From NCBI GenBank assembly GCA_036657595.1, contig JAVXFZ010000008.1:108-64107 (forward strand): a DNA stretch of 64,000 nt. The letters run 5' to 3'. Position numbers and translations under genes: made by a program. This stretch comes from Odoribacter sp. GTDB taxonomy: Bacteria > Bacteroidota > Bacteroidia > Bacteroidales > Marinifilaceae. A model generated the notes under the pieces. The model worked only from the letters and a program-made list of their open reading frames with translations, was not told where the DNA came from and did no database searches. Positions 46,090 through 56,632 of the stretch are shown here, one piece after another; position 1 is the stretch's first letter; each line of letters opens with the position of its first letter.

Positions 46090-48195
46090 ATGGCAATAAA
46101 AGATGACATCACTTGGAGGACAATTGTCGTGTACATAGTTATTATGTTGTTCGGTTGTTTGATTCTGGCGAAGGCTTGTATTGTGATGACCGTGGAGGGG
46201 ACGAAATGGCGTAAAATGGCAACAGCTAATGTACCGATTGTTCCGGTGAAAATTAAACCTAACCGGGGGGATATTTGTGCCGCTGACGGTCGTATATTAG
46301 CGACATCGGTTCCTTTTTATGAGTTACGATTTGATCCTGTTGCTGTTAAGAAGAATATATTTGATGCAAAAATTGATAGTTTGGCTTATTGTCTTTCCCA
46401 TTTTTTCAGGGATGGTAGTCAAGCGTATTATAGAAAGAAATTGGTTAATGCGAGGTATCGTAAGCCACGTCCGGATCGTTATTTGTTGCTGAATGATCGG
46501 AAGGTGAATCATTCTGATTTAAAAGAGATTCGTCAGTTTCCGATTTTTCGCTTGGGCAAGAATAAAGGTGGTTTTCAGGCGATTGTGAATGATAAGCGAA
46601 TACAGCCACACGTGAATTTGGCTGTCCGTACAATTGGTTATTTGAATGATCAGGATGGTGCGCACGGGGGACGGGTAGGGCTTGAATCGGCTTTTGAAAA
46701 TCAGTTGAAAGGGGAGAGCGGGGAAGGATATAAGCGGATGTTGTCGGGGACGTGGATGATTATCGCCCGCAAGGAGCCGGTGGATGGGCAGGATGTTGTG
46801 ACGACGATTGATGTGGATTATCAGGATATTGTGCAGCACGCGTTGAAAAGGCAATTGGAAAAAAGCGAAGCGGGAAGTGGTTCGGCTATTTTGATGGATG
46901 TCAAGACCGGTGATATAAAGGCAATTGCCAATATGGCACGGAGTAAAAGCGGGGCGTATGTAGAGAGTCAGAATTTTGCCATCAGTGGTGCCGGAGAGCC
47001 CGGTTCGGTGATTAAAGCCGCGACGATGATTGCGCTTTTGGAGGATGGATGTGTTTCTCCCGATGATACGATTGATTTGGGTAAAACCGGGAAATATAAG
47101 TTTTATGATCGTACGTTGAGTGAGTCGCACGAAGGCTTGGGGAGGGTGACTGTGCAACAGATGATGGAAAAATCTTCAAACGGTATAGCTAAGTTGGTGT
47201 TTGATCATTATAAGAATCGACCGGAGAAATTTGTAAATCGGTGGTATGCAATGGAATTAGATAAGAAAACGGGTATCTGTCTTCCGGGAGAAACGGAACC
47301 TTATATTAAATATCCGAAAGGGAAGGGTTGGACGGGAATTACATTGCCGTGGATGAGTATTGGTTATGAGTTGAAGCTTACTCCCTTGCAGATTTTGGCA
47401 TTTTATAATGCTATTGCGAATGATGGTCAGCGGATGCGTCCCCGTTTGGTGAAGGAGATCCGCAATCGGGGAGAGGTGGTTGAGTCTTTTGATACGGAAG
47501 AGGTGGGAGGACGGATATGTAGCAAGAAGACTTTGAATCAAGTGAAGGATATGTTGTTGGGTGTGGTGGAGAAAGGAACGGCACAGAATATTTGTACACC
47601 CAAATATCAGATTGCGGGTAAAACAGGTACAGCCAGAATGGCTGCTACTTCCGGAGGATATGGTGGAGGACGTTATCGGGCAAGTTTTGTAGGATATTTT
47701 CCGGCAGATCGTCCTTTGTATTCTTGTATTGTTGTGATTGATGATCCGAGGAATGGGTATTACGCTACGACGGTATCTGCTCCTGTATTTAGGGAAATAG
47801 CGGATAAGGTGTATTCGATGGCTTATATTCAGTATGGGAAGTCAGAATATGAGGTAGATAAGTCTTTGCCGGTTTGTAAAAATGGTTTAAGACAGGATTT
47901 TAAGACTGTTTTTAATGAATTGGATTTGGATTTGGATGGTGTAGGGGAAACGAGGGGTGCGGAATGGGTGATGACAGCGAGTAATGAGGGAGAAAATGTT
48001 AAGTTGAAGCCCCGAAAGGTTACTTATTCAACAGTTCCCAATGCCCGTGGAATGGGCTTGAGGGATGCTTTGTTTGTATTGGAAAATTCCGGATTAAAAG
48101 TCGGAGTAGTGGGTTCAGGTATGGTGCAAAGGCAGTCTATACAGCCCGGTGCAAGAGTGCGAAAAGGAAGTTATATACAGATTGTATTGAGATAA
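46090..48195 (+). CDS. ftsI: Penicillin-binding protein 3 (transpeptidase) with PASTA domain
   Basis: EPGSVIK (SxxK), SSN, GKTGTA motifs; C-terminal VPNARGMGLRDA. Confidence 0.92.
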   Translation: MAIKDDITWRTIVVYIVIMLFGCLILAKACIVMTVEGTKWRKMATANVPIVPVKIKPNRGDICAADGRILATSVPFYELRFDPVAVKKNIFDAKIDSLAYCLSHFFRDGSQAYYRKKLVNARYRKPRPDRYLLLNDRKVNHSDLKEIRQFPIFRLGKNKGGFQAIVNDKRIQPHVNLAVRTIGYLNDQDGAHGGRVGLESAFENQLKGESGEGYKRMLSGTWMIIARKEPVDGQDVVTTIDVDYQDIVQHALKRQLEKSEAGSGSAILMDVKTGDIKAIANMARSKSGAYVESQNFAISGAGEPGSVIKAATMIALLEDGCVSPDDTIDLGKTGKYKFYDRTLSESHEGLGRVTVQQMMEKSSNGIAKLVFDHYKNRPEKFVNRWYAMELDKKTGICLPGETEPYIKYPKGKGWTGITLPWMSIGYELKLTPLQILAFYNAIANDGQRMRPRLVKEIRNRGEVVESFDTEEVGGRICSKKTLNQVKDMLLGVVEKGTAQNICTPKYQIAGKTGTARMAATSGGYGGGRYRASFVGYFPADRPLYSCIVVIDDPRNGYYATTVSAPVFREIADKVYSMAYIQYGKSEYEVDKSLPVCKNGLRQDFKTVFNELDLDLDGVGETRGAEWVMTASNEGENVKLKPRKVTYSTVPNARGMGLRDALFVLENSGLKVGVVGSGMVQRQSIQPGARVRKGSYIQIVLR

Positions 48196-48240
48196 TTAGT
48201 GATAAAATAGATGGATAAAGGCGGGAGGTTTGTTGATTTG

Positions 48241-48260
48241 TTGAACATTTGAACATTTGA
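48241..48260. repeat. 8-bp tandem repeat before murE
   Basis: TTGAACAT TTGAACAT TTGA. Confidence 0.5.
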
Positions 48261-49720
48261 TAGTCGTGAAAAAATTAAAAGAATTATTGGATGGAATTCG
48301 TTTTGAGAAAATATGCGGTGACACCGAGATGGATGTCAATGCCGTGCATTTTGATTCCAGAAAAATAGGTAAAGGCGATTTGTTTGTAGCGCAACGAGGT
48401 GTGAGTGTGGATGGGCACGTTTATATTGCTAAGTCGGTGGCAGCGGGGGCAGTGGCTGTCGTTTGTGAGGAGTTGCCGAAAGAACTGACAGCAGGCGTGA
48501 CTTATCTTGTGACGTTGGATTCGTCGGACGCACTGGGGAAGATTGCTTCAAATTATTACGGCAATCCTTCGCGGGCATTGAAATTGGTCGGGGTGACCGG
48601 TACGAACGGAAAGACGACAACGGCTACTTTGTTGTATGAATTAGTTCGTTTTGCGGGGTATAAAGCAGGACTTTTGTCTACGGTGTGTAATTATATCGGG
48701 GATGAGAAGATTCAGGCTACGCATACAACTCCTGACGCTTTATCTATTAATGAGTATATGCGGCGGATGGTGGATGCGGGATGTACCTATTGTTTTATGG
48801 AGGCGAGTTCGCATTCTATTCATCAGAAACGTATAGCCGGATTGGATTTTGATGGAGCTATTTTTTCTAATATTACTCACGATCATTTGGATTATCATAA
48901 GACTTTTAAGGCATATATAGAGGCTAAAAAGGCATTTTTTGACCGTTTGCCTGCTCACGCTTTTGCTTTGACGAATGCGGATGATAAGAATGGTTTGGTG
49001 ATGTTGCAGAATACGGTGGCGCATTCATATACTTATTCGTGTCGGACGATGTCGGACTTTAGTTGTAAGGTGGTTGAAAAGCGGTTGGACGGTACGCTGT
49101 TGAAGTTGGACGGTTGTGAAGTGTGGACGAAATTTACGGGTGATTTTAATGCTTATAATATTCTTGCCGTTTATGCAACGGCTTGTTTGTTGGATTTCCC
49201 GAAAGAGGATGTGTTGAAGTATGTGAGTATGCTTGTGCCGGTATCCGGTCGTTTTGAAACGATGATTTCAGGAAAAGGGGTGATGGCTGTTGTTGATTAT
49301 GCTCATACGCCGGATGCGGTGGAGAATGTGCTTTCTACGATCAGTGGGTTGAAAGGTAAGAATAATCAGGTGATAACTGTGGTGGGTGCCGGAGGAGATC
49401 GAGATAAAACGAAACGTCCGGAAATGGCTGATGCGGCTTGTCGGTATAGTGATCGGGTGATTCTGACTTCTGATAATCCGAGAAGTGAGGAACCGGAGGA
49501 TATTATTCGTGATATGCAGACCGGAGTGAAAGAGGAGTATCAGAATAAAGTGGAAATCGTTGTCGATCGTCGGGAAGCGATTCGGCAGGCTCTTGCTATG
49601 GCAGGGAAGGGGGATATTGTTTTAGTTGCCGGAAAAGGTCACGAAGATTATCAGGAAATTAAGGGAGTGAAGCATCATTTTGATGATAAAGAAGTTATAA
49701 AAGAGGTGTTTAACTTTTAA
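48257..49720 (+). CDS. murE: UDP-N-acetylmuramoyl-dipeptide:meso-DAP ligase (start may be GTG 48266)
   Basis: GVTGTNGKTT, HTTPD, MEASSH, DHLDYH, VDYAHTPDA, DNPR, AGKGHE. Confidence 0.96.
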   Translation: MIVVKKLKELLDGIRFEKICGDTEMDVNAVHFDSRKIGKGDLFVAQRGVSVDGHVYIAKSVAAGAVAVVCEELPKELTAGVTYLVTLDSSDALGKIASNYYGNPSRALKLVGVTGTNGKTTTATLLYELVRFAGYKAGLLSTVCNYIGDEKIQATHTTPDALSINEYMRRMVDAGCTYCFMEASSHSIHQKRIAGLDFDGAIFSNITHDHLDYHKTFKAYIEAKKAFFDRLPAHAFALTNADDKNGLVMLQNTVAHSYTYSCRTMSDFSCKVVEKRLDGTLLKLDGCEVWTKFTGDFNAYNILAVYATACLLDFPKEDVLKYVSMLVPVSGRFETMISGKGVMAVVDYAHTPDAVENVLSTISGLKGKNNQVITVVGAGGDRDKTKRPEMADAACRYSDRVILTSDNPRSEEPEDIIRDMQTGVKEEYQNKVEIVVDRREAIRQALAMAGKGDIVLVAGKGHEDYQEIKGVKHHFDDKEVIKEVFNF

Positions 49721-49729
49721 TTGTAAGAT

Positions 49730-50980
49730 ATGTTATACCATTTGTTTCAGTATTTAGAGCAGTTGCATTTTCCTGGTGCGGGAATGTTTCAATACATTAC
49801 TTTTCGCTCAGCCTGTGCTATTATTCTTTCGTTGCTGATTGCTACGGTTGTGGGCAAGCGGGTGATTCGTCGGTTACAGAAACAGCAGATTGGCGAGGAG
49901 ATTCGCGATCTCGGACTTGAAGGACAGATGCAAAAAAAGGGAACACCGACAATGGGAGGTGTTATTATTTTATTGGCGATTCTGGTGCCTGTGCTTTTGT
50001 TTGCCCGTTTGGATAATATTTATACGCAGTTGATGATTATTTCAACGATCTGGCTTGGATTAATTGGTTTTGCGGATGATTATATTAAAGTGTTTCGTAA
50101 GCACAAAGAGGGACTGAAAGGACGTTTTAAGGTGATCGGACAGGTCGGTTTGGGACTGATTGTCGGATTAACGCTTTATGTGAGTGATGATGTGGTTATT
50201 CGCGAGCGGGCAACACCTTCTGAAGTGGGAGTGGTGACGAGTATGGTGGATGAAGGTTTTTCTGAAGGAAACGGGAAGAAGATTTTAACTAAGGATGTGA
50301 AGTCAACACGGACTACTATTCCTTTTTTTAAAGGGAATGAATTGGATTATGCGTGGTTTACTTCTTTTGCCGGTAAATATGCGGATCAGATGGGGTGGTT
50401 GTTGTTTGTGATTGTGACTATTTTTATTATTACAGCAGTGTCGAATGGGGCAAATTTGACGGATGGACTTGATGGATTGGCGACGGGGACGTCGGCTATT
50501 ATCGGGGCTACGTTGGGTATATTGGCGTATGTTTCAGGTAATATGGTCTATGCTGATTATTTGCATATTATGTATATACCCCATTCCGGGGAGTTGGTGG
50601 TGTTTATTTCTGCGTTTATCGGGGCAACCATCGGATTTTTGTGGTATAATTCTTTCCCGGCGCAGGTGTTTATGGGGGATACCGGAAGTTTGTCGTTGGG
50701 AGGTATTATTGCTGTTTTTGCGATCATTATACACAAGGAGTTGTTGATACCCGTACTTTGTGGTGTTTTCTTGGTGGAGAATTTGTCGGTGGTGATGCAG
50801 GTGAGTTATTTTAAATATACGAAACAGAAGTATGGTGAGGGACGTCGTGTTTTTTTGATGTCGCCCTTGCATCATCATTATCAGAAGAAGGGGATTCCGG
50901 AGCCGAAGATTGTTACCCGTTTTTGGATTATTGGGATTATTTTGGCAGTGCTTACGATTGTGACACTGAAAATTAGATAA
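49730..50980 (+). CDS. mraY: Phospho-N-acetylmuramoyl-pentapeptide transferase
   Basis: [37 protein letters not shown]. Confidence 0.97.
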   Translation: MLYHLFQYLEQLHFPGAGMFQYITFRSACAIILSLLIATVVGKRVIRRLQKQQIGEEIRDLGLEGQMQKKGTPTMGGVIILLAILVPVLLFARLDNIYTQLMIISTIWLGLIGFADDYIKVFRKHKEGLKGRFKVIGQVGLGLIVGLTLYVSDDVVIRERATPSEVGVVTSMVDEGFSEGNGKKILTKDVKSTRTTIPFFKGNELDYAWFTSFAGKYADQMGWLLFVIVTIFIITAVSNGANLTDGLDGLATGTSAIIGATLGILAYVSGNMVYADYLHIMYIPHSGELVVFISAFIGATIGFLWYNSFPAQVFMGDTGSLSLGGIIAVFAIIIHKELLIPVLCGVFLVENLSVVMQVSYFKYTKQKYGEGRRVFLMSPLHHHYQKKGIPEPKIVTRFWIIGIILAVLTIVTLKIR

Positions 50981-51024
50981 TGAAAAGATAGCGATTTTAT
51001 TGCTGATAGGTAATTATAATAGAA

Positions 51025-52365
51025 TTGATTATGAGATTGGTTATTTTGGGTGGAGGAGAAAGTGGCGTAGGAGCAGCCTTATTGGGTAGGAAACTGGGTT
51101 ATGAGGTTTTTTTGTCGGATAAGGGTTGTTTGGCTGATAAATATAGAGGAATCCTGTTGAAGAATGGATTTGAGTTTGAAGAAGGACATCACACGGAGGA
51201 GCGAATATTTAATGCTGATTTGGTGGTGAAAAGTCCGGGTATCCCTGATACGGTGGCGATGATCGTGAAGTTGCGTGCCGAGGGGATAGAGGTGATCTCT
51301 GAAATAGAATTTGCGGGACGGCATTCTGCCTCTAAGATGGTTTGTATTACCGGTAGCAATGGTAAGACAACGACTACTTTGCTGATTCATCATATTCTTA
51401 CGCATTGCGGTCGAGATGCCGGTTTGGCGGGGAATGTGGGTAGAAGTCTTGCGGCACAGGTGGCAGAGAATGCACACGAGTTGTATGTGGTGGAGCTTTC
51501 CAGTTTTCAATTGGATGGTATGTTCCGTTTTCGTGCTGATATTGCTATTTTGACGAATATTACACCCGATCATTTGGATCGTTATGACCATAAGTTTGAA
51601 AATTATATAGATTCAAAGTTTCGGATTTTAAATAATATGCGTCCACGGGATTTGTTTATCTATGGGCAGGATAGCGAGGCGGTGCGCCAGAAATTGAGTC
51701 GGTTGAAGGTGGAGGTTGATCAGCTTAGTTTTACTTATGGCAGTCGGGAGAACGGTTACGGAGCTTGGATGGAAGGAGGAGTTGTGGTGGCAAAATCGGA
51801 TGATAGGGAATTTCGGATGAATCCCTCGGAGATTAGTATTAAAGGACGGCACAATGTTTATAATGCAATGGCAGCTATTTTGGCTTGTATGCGGATGGGT
51901 GTCAGTGATGGAGATATAGCAGAGGGTTTGCGGACTTTTCCACAGGTGGAGCATCGGCTTGAAACGGTTGTTGTGAAGTCGGGGGTTACTTATATTAATG
52001 ATTCTAAAGCTACGAATGTGGATTCGTCGTGGTATGCTTTGGATAGTATGACGACTCCTGTGGTGTGGATCGCCGGAGGTACGGATAAGGGGAATGATTA
52101 CAGCGTTTTGTTTGATTTAGTTCGACAGAAGGTGAAGGTGTTGATTTGTATGGGTTTGGATAATCGCAAGTTGATTGAGAATTTTGCGTCAATATGTAAA
52201 GTGGTCGATACCAATAATTTGGCGGATGCATTGAAGGCTGCCAGAGAGAATGCGGTTTGCGGGGATACGGTGTTGTTATCTCCTTGCTGTGCCAGTTTTG
52301 ATTTGTTTAAGAATTATGAAAATCGAGGTGAGCTTTTTAAAGCTGCCGTTCGAGAGATAATCTGA
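51025..52365 (+). CDS. murD: UDP-N-acetylmuramoyl-L-alanine:D-glutamate ligase
   Basis: ITGSNGKTTT, ELSSFQL, DHLDRY, NDSKATN, SPCCASFD. Confidence 0.97.
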   Translation: MIMRLVILGGGESGVGAALLGRKLGYEVFLSDKGCLADKYRGILLKNGFEFEEGHHTEERIFNADLVVKSPGIPDTVAMIVKLRAEGIEVISEIEFAGRHSASKMVCITGSNGKTTTTLLIHHILTHCGRDAGLAGNVGRSLAAQVAENAHELYVVELSSFQLDGMFRFRADIAILTNITPDHLDRYDHKFENYIDSKFRILNNMRPRDLFIYGQDSEAVRQKLSRLKVEVDQLSFTYGSRENGYGAWMEGGVVVAKSDDREFRMNPSEISIKGRHNVYNAMAAILACMRMGVSDGDIAEGLRTFPQVEHRLETVVVKSGVTYINDSKATNVDSSWYALDSMTTPVVWIAGGTDKGNDYSVLFDLVRQKVKVLICMGLDNRKLIENFASICKVVDTNNLADALKAARENAVCGDTVLLSPCCASFDLFKNYENRGELFKAAVREII

Positions 52366-52413
52366 GTTTAGGGAACGCAATGTGTAATTTGTAAGGTAGT
52401 TGTAGGTGGCTAT

Positions 52414-53943
52414 ATGATGAGCAATTGGAAAGATAAAATGGCGTTTAAGGGAGATAAGATACTTTGGTATATTATCATTATGCTGATGATTGCTTCGGTG
52501 ATGGTCGTTTATTCGGCTACCGGGCGATTGGCATATAATGAGCAGGGAGGAAATACATTTTTTTATTTGATCAAACAATTGTTTTTGATTGGCGGTTGTT
52601 TTGCGATTATGTTTGTTGTTCAGTCTATTCATTATCGGAATTTTTATAAGTATGCGGGGGTATTGTTGTTTATTTCTGTTTTGCTTTTGATGTATGCCGC
52701 CTTTGGAGGAACTAATATTAATGGGGCAGGGCGTTGGATTCGTATACCTCTGATCGGTATGACCTTTCAGCCTTCGGAGTTGGCGAAGATCGCTATTATG
52801 ATGTTTACTTCGCGGATATTGGCGGATGCACAGACGGAATATGGTTGTGAAGATAGTGCTTTGAATAGATTTCTTGTTTTTGTGGGTCCGGTGATTTTGT
52901 TGATTTTTTTGGATAACTTTTCTACCTCCGCCTTGGTGGGCTTGGTTAGTTTTATATTGTTTATGGTGGCGCGGATGCGCTGGAAAGTGTTGGGCATTAC
53001 TTTTGGTGTGGCACTTTCGGCCATTATTATTGTTTTGGTGATTGGTTTTTGTGTGCCACAGGCGAAGGAATGGGGACGTATCGGTACGATGGTGAGCCGT
53101 ATTACAGATTTTGCACAGGGGAGTGATGATAGCGATGGTTATTCTTATCAGTCGGTGCAGGCGCGGATTGCTGTTGCGCGGGGTGGTTTGATGGGGAATG
53201 GTCCCGGTAATAGTACGCAACGGAATTTTTTACCTCATCCGTATTCTGATTTTATTTATGCGATTGTGATTGAAGAGTATGGACTGGGAGGAGGAGGTTT
53301 TATAATGTTGCTCTATGCTGTAATATTGTTTCGGGTGGGGGTGATTAGTCGAAAGAGTTTGAAGGGGGCAGAATTGAATGCGCGGGGGATGCCGGATATA
53401 TTTCCGGCGTTGCTGGTGACCGGTTTAGGTTTGACGATTGTGATTCAGGCGATGATTAATATGGGCGTATGTGTGGGGGTGTTGCCCGTTACGGGGCAGA
53501 CTTTGCCATTGGTAAGTATGGGAGGAACATCGCTATGGTTTACGAGTGCCTCTTTTGGTATTATTCTTAGTATTGCTCATACTTTTTCACCTGAAGGTCA
53601 GGCAGAAGAAGCTGAGAGAATGAGATGGAAGAGTGAAAAGTTGGTGAAACCGGAGAAACGAAAGAAGAAGGAAGAGTATGAGGATTTACCTGTTAACGAG
53701 GAGGAGGAAGAGGATGATTGGGTGGAGGGTGAATTACCGGAAGTGAAGCCGGAAGAAAAACCGACGAAACCAATACGGCGACGAGGACGGCGAGTGGCTG
53801 ATGAAGAATCGGAAAAAGAAGAGGATATTGATATTATCGGAGAAGAGGGAATGAAAGATATGAGTGAGCAATTGGAAAGTGAGGGACGTGAAGTTTTAAA
53901 GGAGTTGCGGAGAAGGGGGAGAAGAGCTAATTTGGAGGATTAA
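52414..53943 (+). CDS. ftsW: Peptidoglycan glycosyltransferase FtsW with long charged C-terminal tail
   Basis: QPSELAK, DFIYAIVIEEYG, GQTLPLVSMGGTS; ~115-aa acidic tail. Confidence 0.92.
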   Translation: MMSNWKDKMAFKGDKILWYIIIMLMIASVMVVYSATGRLAYNEQGGNTFFYLIKQLFLIGGCFAIMFVVQSIHYRNFYKYAGVLLFISVLLLMYAAFGGTNINGAGRWIRIPLIGMTFQPSELAKIAIMMFTSRILADAQTEYGCEDSALNRFLVFVGPVILLIFLDNFSTSALVGLVSFILFMVARMRWKVLGITFGVALSAIIIVLVIGFCVPQAKEWGRIGTMVSRITDFAQGSDDSDGYSYQSVQARIAVARGGLMGNGPGNSTQRNFLPHPYSDFIYAIVIEEYGLGGGGFIMLLYAVILFRVGVISRKSLKGAELNARGMPDIFPALLVTGLGLTIVIQAMINMGVCVGVLPVTGQTLPLVSMGGTSLWFTSASFGIILSIAHTFSPEGQAEEAERMRWKSEKLVKPEKRKKKEEYEDLPVNEEEEEDDWVEGELPEVKPEEKPTKPIRRRGRRVADEESEKEEDIDIIGEEGMKDMSEQLESEGREVLKELRRRGRRANLED

Positions 53944-53963
53944 AGATTAAATTAGATATATGT

Positions 53964-55076
53964 ATGAAAAGAGTGATTGTCAGTGGTGGCGGAACGGGAG
54001 GTCATATTTTCCCCGCTTTATCAATTGCTAATGCTTTAAAGCGGTTGGAGCCGGATATGGAGATTTTATTTGTCGGTGCAGAGGGGAAAATGGAGATGGA
54101 AAAAGTGCCTGAGGCGGGTTATCGAATAGAAGGTTTGCCGGTGAGAGGATTGCAGCGGCGTTTGACGTTTGAAAATGTGAAGGTGTTGGTGAATCTTTGG
54201 AAGAGTTTGCGGAAGGCACGTCGGATTGTGAAGGAGTTTAAACCGGATGCTGTTGTCGGAGTGGGAGGGTATGCCAGTGGACCGATTGGGCGTGTGGCTG
54301 CAAATGCCGGTATTCCGTTGATTTTGCAAGAACAAAATTCGTATGCCGGAGTGACAAATAAATTATTGGCGAAGAAAGCTTGCCGGATCTGTGTAGCATA
54401 CGAAGGTATGGAGCGTTTTTTCGGGAAGGATAAGATTGTATTTACCGGGAATCCTGTACGCAAGGATTTGCTCGGTGGAGAAAATCTACGGGGAGAGGGA
54501 ATGTCTTTTTATTCTTTGGACCCGTCGAAAAAGACTGTTTTGATGACAGGAGGAAGTTTGGGTGCCGGGACATTAAATAAAGCTCTTTTGAAGGCGATGG
54601 ATAAAATTGCTACGTGGAAAGAGGTGCAGGTGTTATGGCAGTGTGGCAGTTATTATTATGAAGATTTGAAAAAGCAATTGGAGGGAAAGTTGCCTGATAA
54701 TATTCGTTTGATGCCTTTTTTGAAACGGATGGATTTGGCTTATGCTTGTGCGGATGTGGTGATTGCCCGTGCTGGTGCTGGGACTATTTCTGAGTTGTGT
54801 TTGTTGGGAAAGGTGGCTGTATTGATTCCTTCGCCGAATGTGTCGGAGGATCATCAGACGAAGAATGCAATGGCTTTGGTGAATAAAAATGCTGCTGTGA
54901 TATTGAAGGATGCTGAGGCTGAAGAGAAGTTGGAAGCTGTATTGTCGGATATTCTGTCTGATGGAAATCGTCGATTGGAATTGCAAAAAAATATTATGAA
55001 TCTGGCTGTCCATCATTCGGATGATAAGATTGCGAAAGAGGTATTGAAAGTAATTGAGGAAAGTAATCGTTTTTGA
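53964..55076 (+). CDS. murG: Undecaprenyl-PP-MurNAc-pentapeptide GlcNAc transferase
   Basis: GGGTGGHIFP, GGYASGP, QEQN, GNPVR, GGSLGA, RAGA, HQTKNA. Confidence 0.97.
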   Translation: MKRVIVSGGGTGGHIFPALSIANALKRLEPDMEILFVGAEGKMEMEKVPEAGYRIEGLPVRGLQRRLTFENVKVLVNLWKSLRKARRIVKEFKPDAVVGVGGYASGPIGRVAANAGIPLILQEQNSYAGVTNKLLAKKACRICVAYEGMERFFGKDKIVFTGNPVRKDLLGGENLRGEGMSFYSLDPSKKTVLMTGGSLGAGTLNKALLKAMDKIATWKEVQVLWQCGSYYYEDLKKQLEGKLPDNIRLMPFLKRMDLAYACADVVIARAGAGTISELCLLGKVAVLIPSPNVSEDHQTKNAMALVNKNAAVILKDAEAEEKLEAVLSDILSDGNRRLELQKNIMNLAVHHSDDKIAKEVLKVIEESNRF

Positions 55077-55167
55077 TGTATAGCTGGAATGGTTTGTTTG
55101 TCAGAAATTGTTAAAATATAAACGAAACGTCAAGTTGATGATTCAGTGAACTTAAATCGTCTTTGTT

Positions 55168-56550
55168 ATGGCAGAAATTTTAAGTAAAGGAATAAAAAAT
55201 ATATATTTTTTGGGGATCGGTGGGATCGGAATGAGCGCGTTAGCGCGTTATTTTAGGGCTTGTGGATATAAGGTTGCCGGATATGACCGTACTCCTTCAC
55301 CATTGACGGCTAAAATGCAAGAGGAGGAGGGGATCGCCATAAATTATCGGGATGAGGAGGAGGAAATAGCTTTGGAGTATAGAGATACTGAAACGACTTT
55401 GGTTGTTTATACACCGGCAATTCCTGCGAATAATCGGCAATTGCTTTTTTTGAAGGGTTTGGGCTTTACGTTGCATAAGCGGGCAGAAGTGTTGGGAATG
55501 ATTTCTCGTCAAGGGAAGGCGATTTGTGTCGCTGGGACTCACGGTAAGACGACGGTTTCGACGATGGTCGCTTTTCTGCTTTATCATTCTTCTGTCGGAT
55601 GTAATGCTTTTTTGGGTGGAATTTCTATGAATTTTGGAACCAATCTTTTATTGAATCGTAAGTCTCCGTATATTGTGATTGAAGCAGATGAGTTTGATCG
55701 TTCGTTTTTGCATTTAAGCCCGAAAATGGTGGCAATTACGGCAATGGATGAAGATCATTTGGATATTTATGGAGATAAGGCTAATCTGACGGATGCATTT
55801 GAAGCATTTGCTCAAAGGGTGTGTCCTGATGAAGGAAGGCTTTTTATCAAGAAAGGTTTGATGTTGGAAAAGACGGCGGTGACGGGATATTATGGCGTAG
55901 AAACGCCGGCTGATTGTGTCGCCGACCATTTGAGGGTTGAGGAGGGACATTATGTCTTTGATTATCACGGACGGGGGGTGGAGATGAAAGAATTGATGTT
56001 GGGTGTTCCGGGACGTTTGAATGTGGAGAATGCTACGGTAGCTATTACGCTGGCACTTGAAGCGGGGGTGAAGCCGGAGGAGATCCGGGCGGCATTGCCT
56101 GAATTTAGAGGAGTATTCCGCCGTTTTAATATTCATATTAATACGGGCGATTGTATTTATATTGATGATTATGCGCATCATCCGCGTGAAATAGAGGCAA
56201 CATTGCGTTCGATTCGGGAAATGTGGCCGGAGAAGTCGCTGACGGTAGTTTTTCAACCACATTTGTTTTCTCGTACGCGTGATTTTTATCCTGATTTTGC
56301 GCGTAGTTTGAGTTTGGCGGATGAAGTTGTTTTGTTGGATATTTATCCGGCACGGGAGTTGCCTATTCCGGGGATTACTTCGGAAGTTATTCGTGAACGC
56401 TTGACGGTGACAGGAAGAATTTTATCCAAAGAAGGATTGAAGGATTACATTCGGAATGAATTTCAAAAGGGTATTTTAGTGACGATGGGGGCTGGTGATA
56501 TAGATCGGATGGTGGAGGAAATCAGGACGGATTTGATGGCTAAAAATTGA
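55168..56550 (+). CDS. murC: UDP-N-acetylmuramate:L-alanine ligase
   Basis: GIGGIGMSALA, AGTHGKTT, EADE, DHLD, DDYAHHP, FQPHLFSRT. Confidence 0.97.
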   Translation: MAEILSKGIKNIYFLGIGGIGMSALARYFRACGYKVAGYDRTPSPLTAKMQEEEGIAINYRDEEEEIALEYRDTETTLVVYTPAIPANNRQLLFLKGLGFTLHKRAEVLGMISRQGKAICVAGTHGKTTVSTMVAFLLYHSSVGCNAFLGGISMNFGTNLLLNRKSPYIVIEADEFDRSFLHLSPKMVAITAMDEDHLDIYGDKANLTDAFEAFAQRVCPDEGRLFIKKGLMLEKTAVTGYYGVETPADCVADHLRVEEGHYVFDYHGRGVEMKELMLGVPGRLNVENATVAITLALEAGVKPEEIRAALPEFRGVFRRFNIHINTGDCIYIDDYAHHPREIEATLRSIREMWPEKSLTVVFQPHLFSRTRDFYPDFARSLSLADEVVLLDIYPARELPIPGITSEVIRERLTVTGRILSKEGLKDYIRNEFQKGILVTMGAGDIDRMVEEIRTDLMAKN

Positions 56551-56632
56551 AAAATGAAAGGGCTGATAGCTGAAAAAATAGTGATAAGAAAAAGGAATTA
56601 AGAACGACCTACTGCTCTCAATAATAGAGTTT

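Noticed and set aside
52276-53220. 314-aa minus-strand ORF opposite ftsW, and similar long antisense ORFs at 44800-45459, 46519-47157, 55714-56262 and 57559-58131
   Set aside because: Shadow frames: strongly T/G-biased sense codons give few stops on the opposite strand; no motifs, and they lie wholly within conserved dcw genes.
48196-56632. Missing murF and ddl in the dcw cluster
   Set aside because: Normal for Bacteroidota, where these genes lie elsewhere.
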